DNA of 64,000 bases from Epiperipatus broadwayi (Eukaryota > Animalia > Onychophora), in the NCBI GenBank assembly GCA_028023455.1, contig JAQFVV010000003.1:12400001-12464000 (forward strand), read 5' to 3'. The position numbers were made by a program, and so were the translations under genes. Position 1 is the stretch's first letter; the number at the start of each line of letters is the position of its first letter. Below the pieces are notes generated by a model. The model made no database searches. It was not told the DNA's origin and saw only the letters and a program-made list of their open reading frames with translations. Of this stretch, positions 1 to 12,332 are shown piece after piece.

Positions 1-239
1 AAGCAAATAAATTATAATAAATCTAAATGAAAAGAATGAGTCTAAAGAGATAGATATTTTAGGCAGATAGAGGTATTGAGGACAAGGTGGAGACAGAAAC
101 AACTAAAGAAATTGGAGGTGGTCACATACTTTGGTTAAGGAAAAAATATTTGAAATAGAAATAAACAGAAATAAGTAAAAAATAAAAAAAATGTGAAAAC
201 TATAAAGTATTAGTAATCTGGGACAGAAACAGAACAAAA

Positions 240-1430
240 TGGTGGTGCAAGGCAGTTCAGATAAGATGAGAGAAGCACTGATGGAAGAAGTAAGACAGTG
301 GAAGTAGCAAACTAGGCTGGCACGACAAGTAAAAAACTAGAGAACATAAGAAGAAAATTGGTAAGCTAATAATGAGAGTAGACAAATTAGAAGAGATGAG
401 AGAAAAAAGACAAGGAATAGAGATAAGTAAGTCAGCAGAAGAAGATAACATAGATATTACAAATAAAAGCGAATTAGAAAAAAAATATAATTTTGAACAA
501 AAACCAGAAAATGAGGTCACTTCAAGAATTAAGATGGAAAGAGAAATTATTTTTAATTTAAAGGATAAGCCTGGATATGAAATTAAATTTGTATTAAAGA
601 GAGAACATAGCGAGAAGGGAGTAAAAATGAAATTAAATCTGTATTAAAAAGAGAACATAGTGAGAAGGGAGTAGAAAGATTAGAAATAGCAGAATTAAAA
701 GACAAGGAGGTGAAAAACAGAAAAATGAACGTGTAAAGAACTCTACTAAGATCAAGAAAGGTATAAGAGTAAGAATAAGTGCTGAAAGCAAAGCAGTTGA
801 GAGAATAGTAGTTTATTAAAACACTCAACAGCACAAGGCTTGAGTATAGAACTAAAGAAGAGATTTAAACTCTTTGAAAGAGAAGGAAGTAGAAACATTT
901 TCGATATTATAAATTATAACAGGGATCAAAATAATGGGGATAGTAATGATAGGAATAGATTGTCGTATGGCAGTAAAAGAAAGGGGAATGTTAAATGCAA
1001 TATTTGTGAACCAGAAACTAATTGCCCAGAACACAAATCCAGGTATGGAAATGGTTTGAGATTCTCTCGTCCAAGCGAGGATAGCAAAAGTAAAAAGAAC
1101 CACCTGACAAAGATTAGGCTAGTTAATTTAAAGGAAATGGGACGGACTTTTGGGTGATGAAAATACATCAACACTTGGATTATGAAAAATGAGACAATGT
1201 TAGTAAATAAAAAAAAAGTTTCTGGAAGAGATAAAGTATGATAAATAAAATGAAATGTTTGTGGAAAAAGTAATGACATAGGGGAAGTAAGATGAAAGAG
1301 ATTTTGCTGGAATCTAGACATGAACATAAATAAATTAATAATTTAATTGGAGTAATGGTTTGGGAGTTGATATAATAATAAATGAAATGGGTTTTTTTTT
1401 TTTTGAGAAGTAATAACAAAGGCAAAATAA
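240..1430 (+). pseudogene. Decayed non-LTR retrotransposon ORF1 (coiled-coil, Cys/His motif) running into the start of an APE endonuclease
   Basis: Strongly purine-biased + strand with broken ORFs 372-647 and 840-1157 (KCNICEPETNCPEH, then KIRLVNLKEM resembling the start of an AP endonuclease). Many stops and frameshifts. Composition matches the LINE relic at 41992-43050. Confidence 0.35.
578..677. repeat. 50-bp tandem duplication (2 copies)
   Basis: tgaaattaaatttgtattaaagagagaacatagcgagaagggagtaaaaa (578-627) followed by tgaaattaaatctgtattaaaaagagaacatagtgagaagggagtagaaa (628-677). Confidence 0.9.
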
Positions 1431-3100
1431 AAAAAATAAAAGAATTTTTTTTTTTAAGAATACACGCACATTAATAAAAGCAAGGCTAAAGAAATGATTT
1501 CAAATAATGTTTATGAGGGTTAATATAGAATAAAAGTAAATAAATAAAATAAATGGAATGCAGTATAAATAGTTTTTAATATAAGTGTGAAGTGTCGGAG
1601 GAATTGGAGTTGAAAAGAAGGGGAGTGAAGGATAGAAAAGTGTAATATGTATAGGCAGTAGCACTGTGTAAAAATAGAACCCATATCAGACTAAACAAGA
1701 GGATAGTTCTCAGGATGAGGTTCTAGTAGAGAAATTCCTGGACCCATCCAAATTTCACTGGGTGAAATAGTCCCAATACATATTTAAAATATGTGCACGG
1801 GGAACCACCAGTATAAAACGAAAGTCAGTTCTTGGGAGAAAATCCCCACATATCATAAATATCATAAGCTGATTAAGTTAGTCGAGGAATCCTGCCATTC
1901 ACAGCAACCCTTTTTTTGCGCTTTCTAGGATGCAGACCCATTGGAGCAAGTCGTGGGCTCATCCAAACAATTGGTAAAAAAAAACAGCTAGAAAGTAAAG
2001 TTTTATATATGGATGTATGTAAGTCAGTATAAGCCAGACGAATCCTGCATCCACCTCATTCAAAACCCTGTACACATCAGAAAGATGTATGATGCTCCTC
2101 GTGGTCATTACATAGGATATGATTGTTGAAATCAACATTGTACCACCTGGAAGGAAGAATAGTATAAGAAAAATAACCCTCATCACTGTAGACATCACAG
2201 CAGCTTCAAAAATGTATTAACAAAGGGTAGAAACATAAATAAAAAGTAGAAGAGTTATATAGAAACAAATAATCATAAGTAATTAAAGGGAAAAGTATAA
2301 GTAATTATTAGATAAAATGGGTCAAAAGACGCATTTCACTCTCAAACGGAAGGTGGTGTAATGTACCGCTAGAGAATAGTGCTACATGTTTCGTAATTTT
2401 TTAAAGAAAAATTATGGTTAATTTAAGATTTTAAAATCTAAATTTTAAAAATAAAAATACTGAGGAATCATTTATTATTAAATACTCGGACTAAAATTCA
2501 TAAAAGAAACCAATAAAGTTTTAAAAAATAGAAATATAATTTAGAAAGTTTTAAGAAAAAGAAATATAAGTTAGAAAGTGTTTAACTCCTTCATTCCTGC
2601 TTTAGCCTCCAACCCATCAGCGTAAGTTTACCATAAATACTGAGTTTGCGCAGTATCAATTAATCTCAAACCCAGGTGCATTACTTCTTTCTGTCTGCCA
2701 TGCCAGAAAAAAAAAATGTGCGTATTTTTTTTCTATGATAAAATTTCAATTTTTTATGATTTTTTTTTTGAAAAATTCAATTTTTAATTACTTTATTTTC
2801 TCATTTTCTTAGATTTAGTTACAAACCAAATTTGCTTTGGCAGAAATGAATTCATTCACCACTTATTTCAGTCCAAAAATTACAGTCTGCATTTTCATAT
2901 CAACTGTGAGTATTTTTTTTTTAAATTTTTTTTTGATAATAAATTTTAATTTTATAGAATACATTTTCAGGCACTAATAGAATTTATAAAGTCAGGCTAA
3001 TTAGAGATAAATGTAATATAGGGTATTTTCAAGTTCCCTCAATCAATCCACTCTATCTTATATAATTGATACACATACACACACACACATGTAAAAAGGG

Positions 3101-3175
3101 AAATGATCCCCAAAACACATTTTATGCTGAACCAGCACTCATCATTTTGTCGAGATCATCATCTCCCATACATAT
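3101..3175 (-). mobile_element. Solo Penelope-like pLTR fragment with degenerate hammerhead (same family as 39452-39898)
   Basis: aaatgatccccaaaacacattttatgctgaaccagcactcatca aligns with 39534-39582. The minus strand reads aTGATGA GTGCTG gtt CAGCAT aAAA tgtg tt; C3 and G12 are mutated. Confidence 0.7.
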
Positions 3176-5801
3176 ACTTAGTGCTCATATAAATTTGTTT
3201 ATTTTTATGTTTATTGATTTGCTTTGTTTTTATTTATTTCATTCTCATGTGCTGTTTTTGCTGTTATTTTTTTTTTTTACCCTCACTAAAACCGAATGTA
3301 GGATCTGAAAGTATAACAGAGAGACACGAATTCATCCAGTTCAATATTTCTGCTATGAAAAATTATCTCAGGTAAGTGATGTTATATATCTTTTTTTTTT
3401 CAGCATTTAGTGACAGATGTGATAAAACTGTTTATAAAAATGTCATTTTAATATTTATCTTTCAAAATTTAGAATTTGTGAACATATGTAAAAAAAAACA
3501 TTTTTCAAAAATATTAAAAATCTTTTTTTTCTTAATTTTTTTTTAAGTAGTGGCTATTTTATCAGCTTTATTACATTCTTTCATATTTGCTCTTTCTAAT
3601 AATATATATCTTTTTATACTAATTGCATTCAAACATAATGCACACTAACAATTATAAAATTTATAATTTTTTTTTAAAATTCAAGATGGCAATTTCAGGT
3701 TTTTTTTTTTTTTTTAAGAAATGCAAATTGCCAAAAGACAAAGTGTTGCATCATCTTGTCATTTAAAAAAAAAAAAAAAAGAAATATGAGTTTTAATAGT
3801 TAAAGACCGAATAAAAAAAGGAGGAGGGGGGGGGGGTAATTAAGTAAAAAGATGAAACTATAGTTCTCTCTGTTAAAGTATTCAAATTCATCAAGTTTTA
3901 GGAATTTGTAACCTGGCTGTCTTTCCAAGCTTAAAACGCGATATGAACATGCTGGTGTACAATATTATATTTTGAATGAATTTTTTTGCTGATTTTGTCA
4001 TATTTAGGTAGAATTAGCTAAATTATACTGAACTGCAATGTGAAAAGAAAGTGTATAAATTTAAATCTACTTAAAGGTTGCTCAGCCGATAAACAGAAGA
4101 AAGAGAATAATTCTAAATTGCAGTAAATGAAAATAATGGAAAATGATTCAAGATGGTATCTTATCCGAAGGTTAGATTAATCTACACACAAATGCAGATT
4201 AAAAAACAATTGGAATGTAATTAATAAAATTTGTAAATTAATTAAACTAGATCGGAGTGATAACTAGAGACAATAAAGAGGAATCATATAAAGAGACTGA
4301 AAAATCTATTCATGTCAGTTCAGTTCAGTTTTTTTTAATGTTTGCAATGCCATAGTCATTCAGTTTCATTCATAATAATCATTAAGATTAAGATTATACT
4401 CATACTACTACTACGGAAGTTTCCAGAGAAGATAAAATGGGGAAAGCTACTAGCTATCCCAGCTTGCAAGTAGGGGTCTTCACATTTACTGAAGAACTAT
4501 CTAACATCATGCAGTGCTAGACAGTCACTGGAGTATGCAATCTGTCTTCAGTCTCGGTCCTCCAGAACATCAGAAGCCCTCCATATACAATTCATGCCCA
4601 CTTAATAATCTGAACAGTCAAGGAATATCTATCTCAGTGAATGTAGGAAGTCAGCCAGGAGCCAAAACCATTAGTGGAATCAAAAAATCCAAGTGGTTGA
4701 TCAATACAACAGAAGAAAATGAGGAGTTGTATCTTTGAAAGTGTAAAGTGCAAAATCCTAGGTAACTCTGAACTTCCTTATTCGCATTTATAAACTGATC
4801 GTGTTCGAATAAAAGAGTTTGTTGAACTTTGATAGCCGTAGCAATCTTTAATTGTCTCCTATAAGTCATTACATAGAATGAACCCTAACATGTGCATGCA
4901 TATTTAATATTCTCATAATGTATTTTAATATTTGCAAAGCTTTCCATTGAGTAATGAATTTATATTTCAATGTGTGTGTGCGTATTTAGATTTAAATGTT
5001 TTAGTTATAGTATTCTTGATTATCATATATTTTAACTAGAAGTGGGTTTAAATAAACTTATAATGTTCTTTTATTATAATATTTTATTACCATGTTTTTG
5101 ACTAGAAATGTTTTAAATAAATCATTTGTTTGCTAACATTCATTTGGTCGATTTTCTTTGATAATTATGCCACTAATAGATAGTCCATAGTTAAATGTAA
5201 ATATTAAGCAATATGTTATAGTTAGTTTCCCCTATATTTAAATAACAGAGCTAGCTAAGGATTGATCAAGCGCTAAATTGTATACCTGTCATCTAAGCAT
5301 GCTAATTATAATTTATGATTAGCTGGTACCTGTGGATTTACCTCAAAATAAATAAAAATGCTTTGGATGGCAGGGTTTGAATTTAGCGGTCGAGAAGTTC
5401 TATAGCCTGGAAATGTGACCACAGGTTATACTCTGTATAGCCTTTGGCCTGGTTATAGGTGCTGTTGGTCTTGTCCTATTAGACTTCTCCACTTGAAGGG
5501 CCGATTTGTTGCAATAGTGAAAGTGCAGCCGGAGTAGATAGAGATTTTTTTAAATTTATATAATCTGAGCAATCATCTTCCACCTGGTTCAATATATCTA
5601 TATAATTGTTGAAAAGTATGGTACACTTGCAGTTCAATAAACAATACACAATCTAACCAATATTTATCAACAAAATGTAAACTACTACTATACCCTATAT
5701 ACATTTGTATTTGAGGGGGGAGGGGATTTGGAACAAAATATGACTTAGTTCATCAAGAAATTATGATCACTCTGTAGTTGTTTTGATATTTTTAAGTCAA
5801 T

Positions 5802-8800
5802 CATCATCATCATCATCATCAACCATTATCAATCCACTGCAGGATGAAGGTCTCTCCAAGTTTAATCCATCTTCTCCGATCTTTAGCTTCTCTTCTCCAC
5901 AACACCCCTGCACATTTTCTTATTTCATCCATCCATCTCACATGTGGTCTCTTTCTGGGTCTTTTACAATCTCTTGGAATCCAGTTGAAAATTTCAATTG
6001 TCCATCTATTATCATCTCTTCTAGCAATATGTCCAGCCCAACTCCATTTCAATCTTTTAATTTTTTCAATAAGGTCAGTAACACCTGTTTGTTGTCTTAG
6101 CCATACATTGCGATTGCGTTTTCGATCTCTTCTTGTTACTCCCAACATACACCTCTCCATACTCCTTTGAGTGGTCTGAAGTCTCTGTATTGCTCTTCTA
6201 TTAAGTGTCCAAGTCTCAGATCCATAAGTAAGAACTGGTAAAACACATTTGTTAAAAACCATCCTTTTCAAACACATAGGCATATTTCCTTTTAGTATCA
6301 AGTTATTTCTACCAAAAGCACTCCAACTAAGTTTAATTCTATGATTAATTTCCTCCATTATGTTTCCATCTGTATTAATAATCTGACCAAGATATTTGTA
6401 CCTGTTAACTTCTTCTAATTCTTCATAATCAATCTTTATTTTCATATTTTGAGCAAATCGATTAAACATTACTTTAATCTTTTTAACATTTATCTTTAGT
6501 CCTACTTTTCTACTTTCATCTGATAACTCCTGCAACATTTCCTGCAGCTCTGAAGCATTATTTGCAAAAACAACTACATCACCTGCGAAATCTAAATGAC
6601 TTAAATACTCTCCATTTACTTTCACTCCTTTAGTTTCCCATTTTAATCCACAAAATACTTCTTGCAGCACTGCTGTAAAAAGTTTTGGAGATATGGAGTC
6701 ACCTTGTCTTACACCTTTCTCAATGTTGATTTTTCCAGTATCATTATGTAATCTAATTGTTGCTGTTGCATTTTTATAAATATTCTTTAAAATATGACAA
6801 TATCCTGGATCTATACCTTGATGATCCAATGCTTTAATCACTGAAAAAATGTGTATAGAATCGAATGCCTTTTCATAATCTACAAATCCAAAACATAATG
6901 ACAACTCATATTCGTTTGTCCTTTCTATGACTTCTCTCAATACCTGGATATGATCTATTGTACTAAAACCACTTTTAAATCCAGCTTATTCTCTTGGTTG
7001 GTGGAAATCCAAAGTTCTCTGTAGACGAGTTGTAATTATCTTGGTAAAAATTTTATATAAAACTGATAAAAGGCTGATAGGTCTGTAATTTCTAATATCT
7101 TCTTTATCACCTTTTTTAAATATTAATATTATTACGGCATTCTTCCAATCTTCCGGTACATCTTTATCATTTAGACATTTGGTATATAACTTTGCTAAAA
7201 TTGTTTCTATTTCTTCACCTGCTTCTTTTAATATATCAATTATAATTCCATCATTTCCTGGAGCCTTTCCTTTCTTCATACACTTAATTGCATGTCTCAC
7301 TTCTTCATTTAAAATTCTGGGCAATTCGGAAGATGTAATAGATATAGGAGGTACTTGTTCTTTATTACTATATAATTCTTGATAAAAATCTTCTACCAAT
7401 TTCATGATGTCATCTCTCTTTTTAGTAATAATTCCATCTTTTTTTCTTATTGCAGATATAAATTTCCTACCAATACCAAAATGTTGTTTAACATTTTTGA
7501 GACTTTTATTTTCTTCTACAGCTTTCCTTGCTATTTCACAGTTATACTTTCTTATATCATTTTCAACTCTTTTCCGTACCATTTTACAAAATTCGAGATA
7601 TTCAATTCTTTTTAATACATCATTTTTGTATATCTTCATATTCCTTCTTTTCTTCATAAATTCTCTAGTTTCAGTAGAAATTTTATTAGTCAATTGCTGC
7701 TTTTTTCTACCAGCTATGTTTGTTGCAGTTTTTAAAAGTGTAACAGTTATTTTCATATTAATTTCATTCAAATCTGATTCATGTTCAAAATCTCCTAACA
7801 CTTGAAACCTATTTGTAAGTTCTAATTTAAATTCATTAGAATGTTTCTGAAGATTAGGAATATCAACTGTAAATATTGTTTTTCTTAATAATTTTTGTCT
7901 CTCTAGTTTTACATTAACACGTAACTTACACCTTACTAATCGATGATCACTTGCTGTGTTAAATTTATTAAGAACATTACAATCTTGAAATATGTATTTT
8001 CTGTTAGTCAAAATATAATCCAATTCTGCTGTACCTTCATTTGGATGCTTCCATGTCCATTTCCTTTTAACATTTTTCTCAAAAAATGAATTCATAATAT
8101 AAAGTTTTTCTTTTTCTGCAAACTCCACAAGTCTATGTCCTCTCTCATTTCTATTACCATAACCAAAATTACCTACAGCAATTTTATCTTTCATTTGTCT
8201 ACCAATTCTAGCATTAAAGTCTCCCATAACAATTTTAAAATGTTGTTTACTCTGATCAAAAGCCTTTTGTACATCCATATAAAAATCTTCTACTACTTCA
8301 TCACTATGAGAACTTGTTGGGGCATAAACCTGAATTATCTGCATTTGGTACCTGCTATTAAGTTATATAACTAATCTTGCCACTCTGTCCGATACACCAT
8401 CAATCTCCACAATATTGTTCTTCCACTTTTTATTTATAATGAATCCTATTCCACTTGTATTTCCAATATGTGTGCCTTTATAATAGAGTATATGTCCACT
8501 TTTTAAATCAATTGTTTCTTCTCCTTTTCTTCTAACTTCACAAAGTCCAATAATGTTCCATTTAATATAAGACAGTTCTTCTTCTAATTCTTGCAATCTT
8601 CCTTCACTTGAAAGTGATCTGCAGTTGTAAGTACCTAAATAAAAAGTCGTCATCAAATGACAGCCTGGGTCCGCAATCAGGGGATTCTTAGCACCCTCCG
8701 CCTTCGGCCACCAACCGCTGCCTTGGTTGGTGACTTTACAGCCTCCTGGGAATAAGGGCCATGCTTTATTTTTGTCTGTCATAATTGTATATATGTATGG

Positions 8801-9091
8801 GAAAAATATTTATCATTTACACAAACATTCATTCTGCCTTATCAGGCACTGAGAAGAAAGACCATGGTGTTTCTTGATCTTAAACTCAGAGGTAAAAAGC
8901 CAATAAACTCACCACGCTGGCTAATGCGTGTTGGTGAGCAGCCCATCCATGTTCGTATACTATATGAATAATCACATAGTAATAACAGTTGCAACGACAA
9001 GAACGTATGGAGTGGACATTAAGAATTTCCCTGCTCGGTTCCTTTAAGGCCTCCAAGAGGAATCAAAGGGTCTCCTTTCAGTTAATAGCAA
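5802..9091 (-). mobile_element. Near full-length RTE-clade LINE (~3.3 kb)
   Basis: Single APE+RT reading frame. The 3' (TGA)n tail at 5801-5821 includes the stop codon. Candidate 8-bp TSD aagtcaat at 5794-5801 and 9092-9099 sets the 5' boundary, which is less certain than the ORF. Confidence 0.9.
5819..8782 (-). pseudogene. RTE ORF (APE endonuclease + reverse transcriptase), two in-frame nonsense codons
   Basis: GTYNCRSL, IIGLCEVRR, QVYAPT, VMGDFNA, LDYIL, SDHRLV (APE); [42 protein letters not shown] (for FADD), YKYLG, WAGHIARR (RT and C-terminus). The three ORF-track pieces are in one frame, split only by TAA at 8363-8365 and 6986-6988. Confidence 0.95.
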
Positions 9092-10580
9092 AAGTCAATA
9101 TCAACTTTAAATATATTTTTAAATTTTATAAACATTTTATTAAGCGAAATAATGCATATCAAATTTGGAAATGATAATAAAGGAATAACAAATTGTGTGC
9201 TTTCAACATATACTGAAGAAATTCTATTAATAAATATGATCACATTTGGTGCTCTGAGATGGAAAAACAGCTGTTGGCATACTGTAAAATTTATTTATAA
9301 ATTTTATTTTTTTAAATATGATCACTCACAGTGTTCAGCGCTGAAAAAAATGGTTGCTCATGAATCATAAAATGTATTAAATTTATGAATTTTAATATTT
9401 TTTTATTGTTTGTTTGTTTATATATATATATATTTGGACAGCATATAATTGAAGTCATGTATATTGATATAGAATAGTTCACGGCTTTACTGCAGCCTAC
9501 ACTATTTTGAAAAGACATGCACAAAATTATTCTTTTTATTTGATTTGTTTACAAAAAAACTGCACTTTCAAATCCTATGAACTATTTTTCTTTATGTTTT
9601 TGTAAACAAGAAAATCCCTTTTTCATTAAAATTGTGAATAGTTTTTTACCATCCTCTCCAATGTTTGTGTATTGTTTTGATTAAAAAACATACACAGAAT
9701 ATTGTATTATTTTCATTTCATTTAAGTCAAAAAACATTCATCAAAAAGAAATTGATTATTTTTTCACCTGACTCAAATCTTACAAAAGCTCTCCCTATAT
9801 CAATTTTCTAGACTAGTCACGTGTGTACACACACAAAAAAATCTAGTGGACATCTGACTTGAAAGCAATGATAAACACTCAAAAGAAAAGTTGTACAAAT
9901 CATACTAACAAAATCTACCAGATCTAACAAAAAAAAATGGCAATGATCAGCTCTAAAAAAAACTAATTCTATAAACTAACAAAATCCTAGCAGACAGTTG
10001 AAACCCAAAAACAAAAAGTTTTACCAACTAATAAATGCTAATTCCCATTCCCCCTCATTCTGTTTTTAACCCCAAATAAAAAACTGCCATTAATTGATTT
10101 AAATTTTTTTTTTTTTTATTACCAGTTACAATGGAATAGTCTTTTCATGTGTGTAGGTGTTTTGTTAAGACAAAAAATAATTATTAAATATTTATTACTA
10201 AAAATTGTTTATAGTTTTTTTCACATTAACACACAAAATAATTATTATTTTGACTTAATTAATTACTATTATTTATTAACTGAAATTGTCACAATTTTTT
10301 AGCACATCATCTCCATCACATACACAAAATAATTATTCTTTCAATTTCATTTAGATTCCAAACAAAAAAATGGTACACAGCATATGACACCCACTACCTA
10401 TAAACACAAAATTGGGATGATTGGGAGGGGGGGGGCATATATTTCTTTAAAAATTTTTCAGTTTCAAAAAAACTAAATGTGAACAAAACAAAAAGAAAAC
10501 ATTTATAGCTTAGTATTTTCAGTAATGTTTGGTGGCTTTCCCAAGTATAAAAAAAAAAAGTCTCAGAGTGTATCCTAAAT

Positions 10581-12118
10581 CAGCGTTTCCCAACCTTTTT
10601 TGGCTCACGTACCACTTGGTAGTATATCATGCTAAATTGTACCACTTCGTAAAAATGATTGTATTTTGTGAAATTTGTTATTGCGAGTGTGTTATTTTAT
10701 TTGCATTATACATATTATAGGGTGACCATGTATTCACATCACATAATGAGACAAATTACATTGTAACATGCCTAAACGTCATGCTGGATTATAAACTCAC
10801 TGAAATTATAAACTCACTGTAACATATATGTATGTGTTTGTTCAAAGTATCATATTTATCTACTATTTTGTCATTTTTCATTTACTAATAAATGGTTTTA
10901 ATAAAAACACAAAATTATAAAAACCCAATTAATATATTTTTTTATCATAATCAAATGTTTTTATAAAATAAATTTAATGAGATCCTTGTGCTTGTTTCGA
11001 AGAACATAATTTTTTGAAATTTGGTTCAGAAGATGCAAGATATACCCTTAAGTCTACAGCTGCATTCAATCTGTTTCAATACTTTTTTTTAAAAAAAATA
11101 TATGAAGAAAAAGCTCTTTCTACTAATTCCATACTAGTAAATGGTAATAATAATTTAAGAGCTTTCTCAGAAAACTGTTCATATTCTTTAATGTTTAACC
11201 AAAATTAATTAGATTGTGTCGATAATTCTATTAAATTTTCTTTCTCTTTTATTGATAATGATGTAGCTTTTTCTAAATTTTCTTCATAGAAGGGGTTTGA
11301 AATCCACTTATCATTTGTGTTTTCGGGTTTTGGAAAATATTCCATGAAAGACAATTTTAATCCTGTTAAATGTGCTATTATATTTTCTGTATATCTTGAG
11401 ACAGACTAACCTTATTTTCAAACAAAAAAATATGTAGAGTTTCGAATTTTTCCGGTTGATTGTTTTCAATACACTGTTTCCAAAAATCTAATTTCTTAAT
11501 CATACTTTCAATTTTATCATTAACATTAAAGATCGTTATCGAGTTATTCTGAAGTGTCAAATTTAAGTTCATTTATTTGCAAAAAATATCAGATAAATAT
11601 GCAAGCACCTGAAGCCAATCAAAATCATACAATTTCGAAGAGATCAAAAGGATTGTCTTAAAAAAAAACACCTGTGCTTCTTGTCTAAGTTCGAATAAGC
11701 AGGTTATATAGGGATCAATGAATTTTAATAAACAAAGACGATACAATCACAAACAATAACCTGTCACTTGTAAGCCATGCGGTGAAGTGAATGAGAGTGC
11801 AGCACTATGACAACAGTGGCGGCGACATCTCAAGTTACTGGTGGCTAACGGCTAAATTTAAAAGTGCACTCCAAAAAAAAAAACCGATATCAATTGCTGG
11901 ATTTTCGATCATCGACTGTACATATTAACAACTTTACTGTATAATATTATTCATTAAAATAATTTTTATGAATTATAGGAAAAAACGTTTCTATGATATT
12001 TTTATGATTTAATTTTTTTTATTTTTTATGTCCGCCATTATTGATTATTTTTCGTGTACCACCAACCAGCAACTCGCGTACCACCAGTGGTATGCGTACC
12101 ACAGGTTGGGAAACGCTG
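10581..12118 (-). mobile_element. Internally deleted hAT (Buster/Charlie group) DNA transposon
   Basis: 16-bp perfect TIRs cagcgtttcccaacct (10581-10596) and aggttgggaaacgctg (12103-12118). Perfect 8-bp TSD tccTAaat at 10573-10580 and 12119-12126, with the central TA typical of Buster. Confidence 0.95.
10975..11730 (-). pseudogene. C-terminal remnant of Buster-type transposase
   Basis: With frameshifts: LFELRQE.. NLNLTLQNNSITIFNVNDKIESMIKKLDFWK.. EYFPKP..WISNPF.. LLLPFTS..EKSFS..NRLNAAVDLRVYL..KLCSSKQAQGSH* (stop at 10975-10977). This matches the SCAND3/ZBED5/Buster C-terminus. Confidence 0.85.
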
Positions 12119-12332
12119 TCCTAAATGATTACTATTTTATAGCTTAGTATTTTCAGTAATGTTTGGTGGCTTTCCCAAGTATAAAAAAAAAAAGACTCAG
12201 AGTGTATCCTAAATGATTACTATTTATCACTGCATGTCATTCCCCAAAAAATTTATTTTAATATCTCAATATTCTAAGCTATATCAAAATTTTAATGATA
12301 TGTACAAATAATATGATTCTAAAAATATATTT

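Larger units (their letters stand above)
10502..12223. repeat. 88-bp tandem duplication interrupted by the hAT insertion
   Basis: Copy 1 = 10502-10580 + 12127-12135; copy 2 = 12136-12223 (tttatagcttagtattttcag...gtgtatcctaaatgattacta). The copies are nearly identical. Confidence 0.9.

Noticed and set aside
8783-9091. HDV-like ribozyme in the RTE 5' UTR
   Set aside because: Expected from the clade, but I could not find an L3 (UCCUCG/UUCACG-type) loop with a consistent P1-P2-P3 pseudoknot by eye. CUGAUAA at 8840-8846 (minus) has no downstream GAAA.
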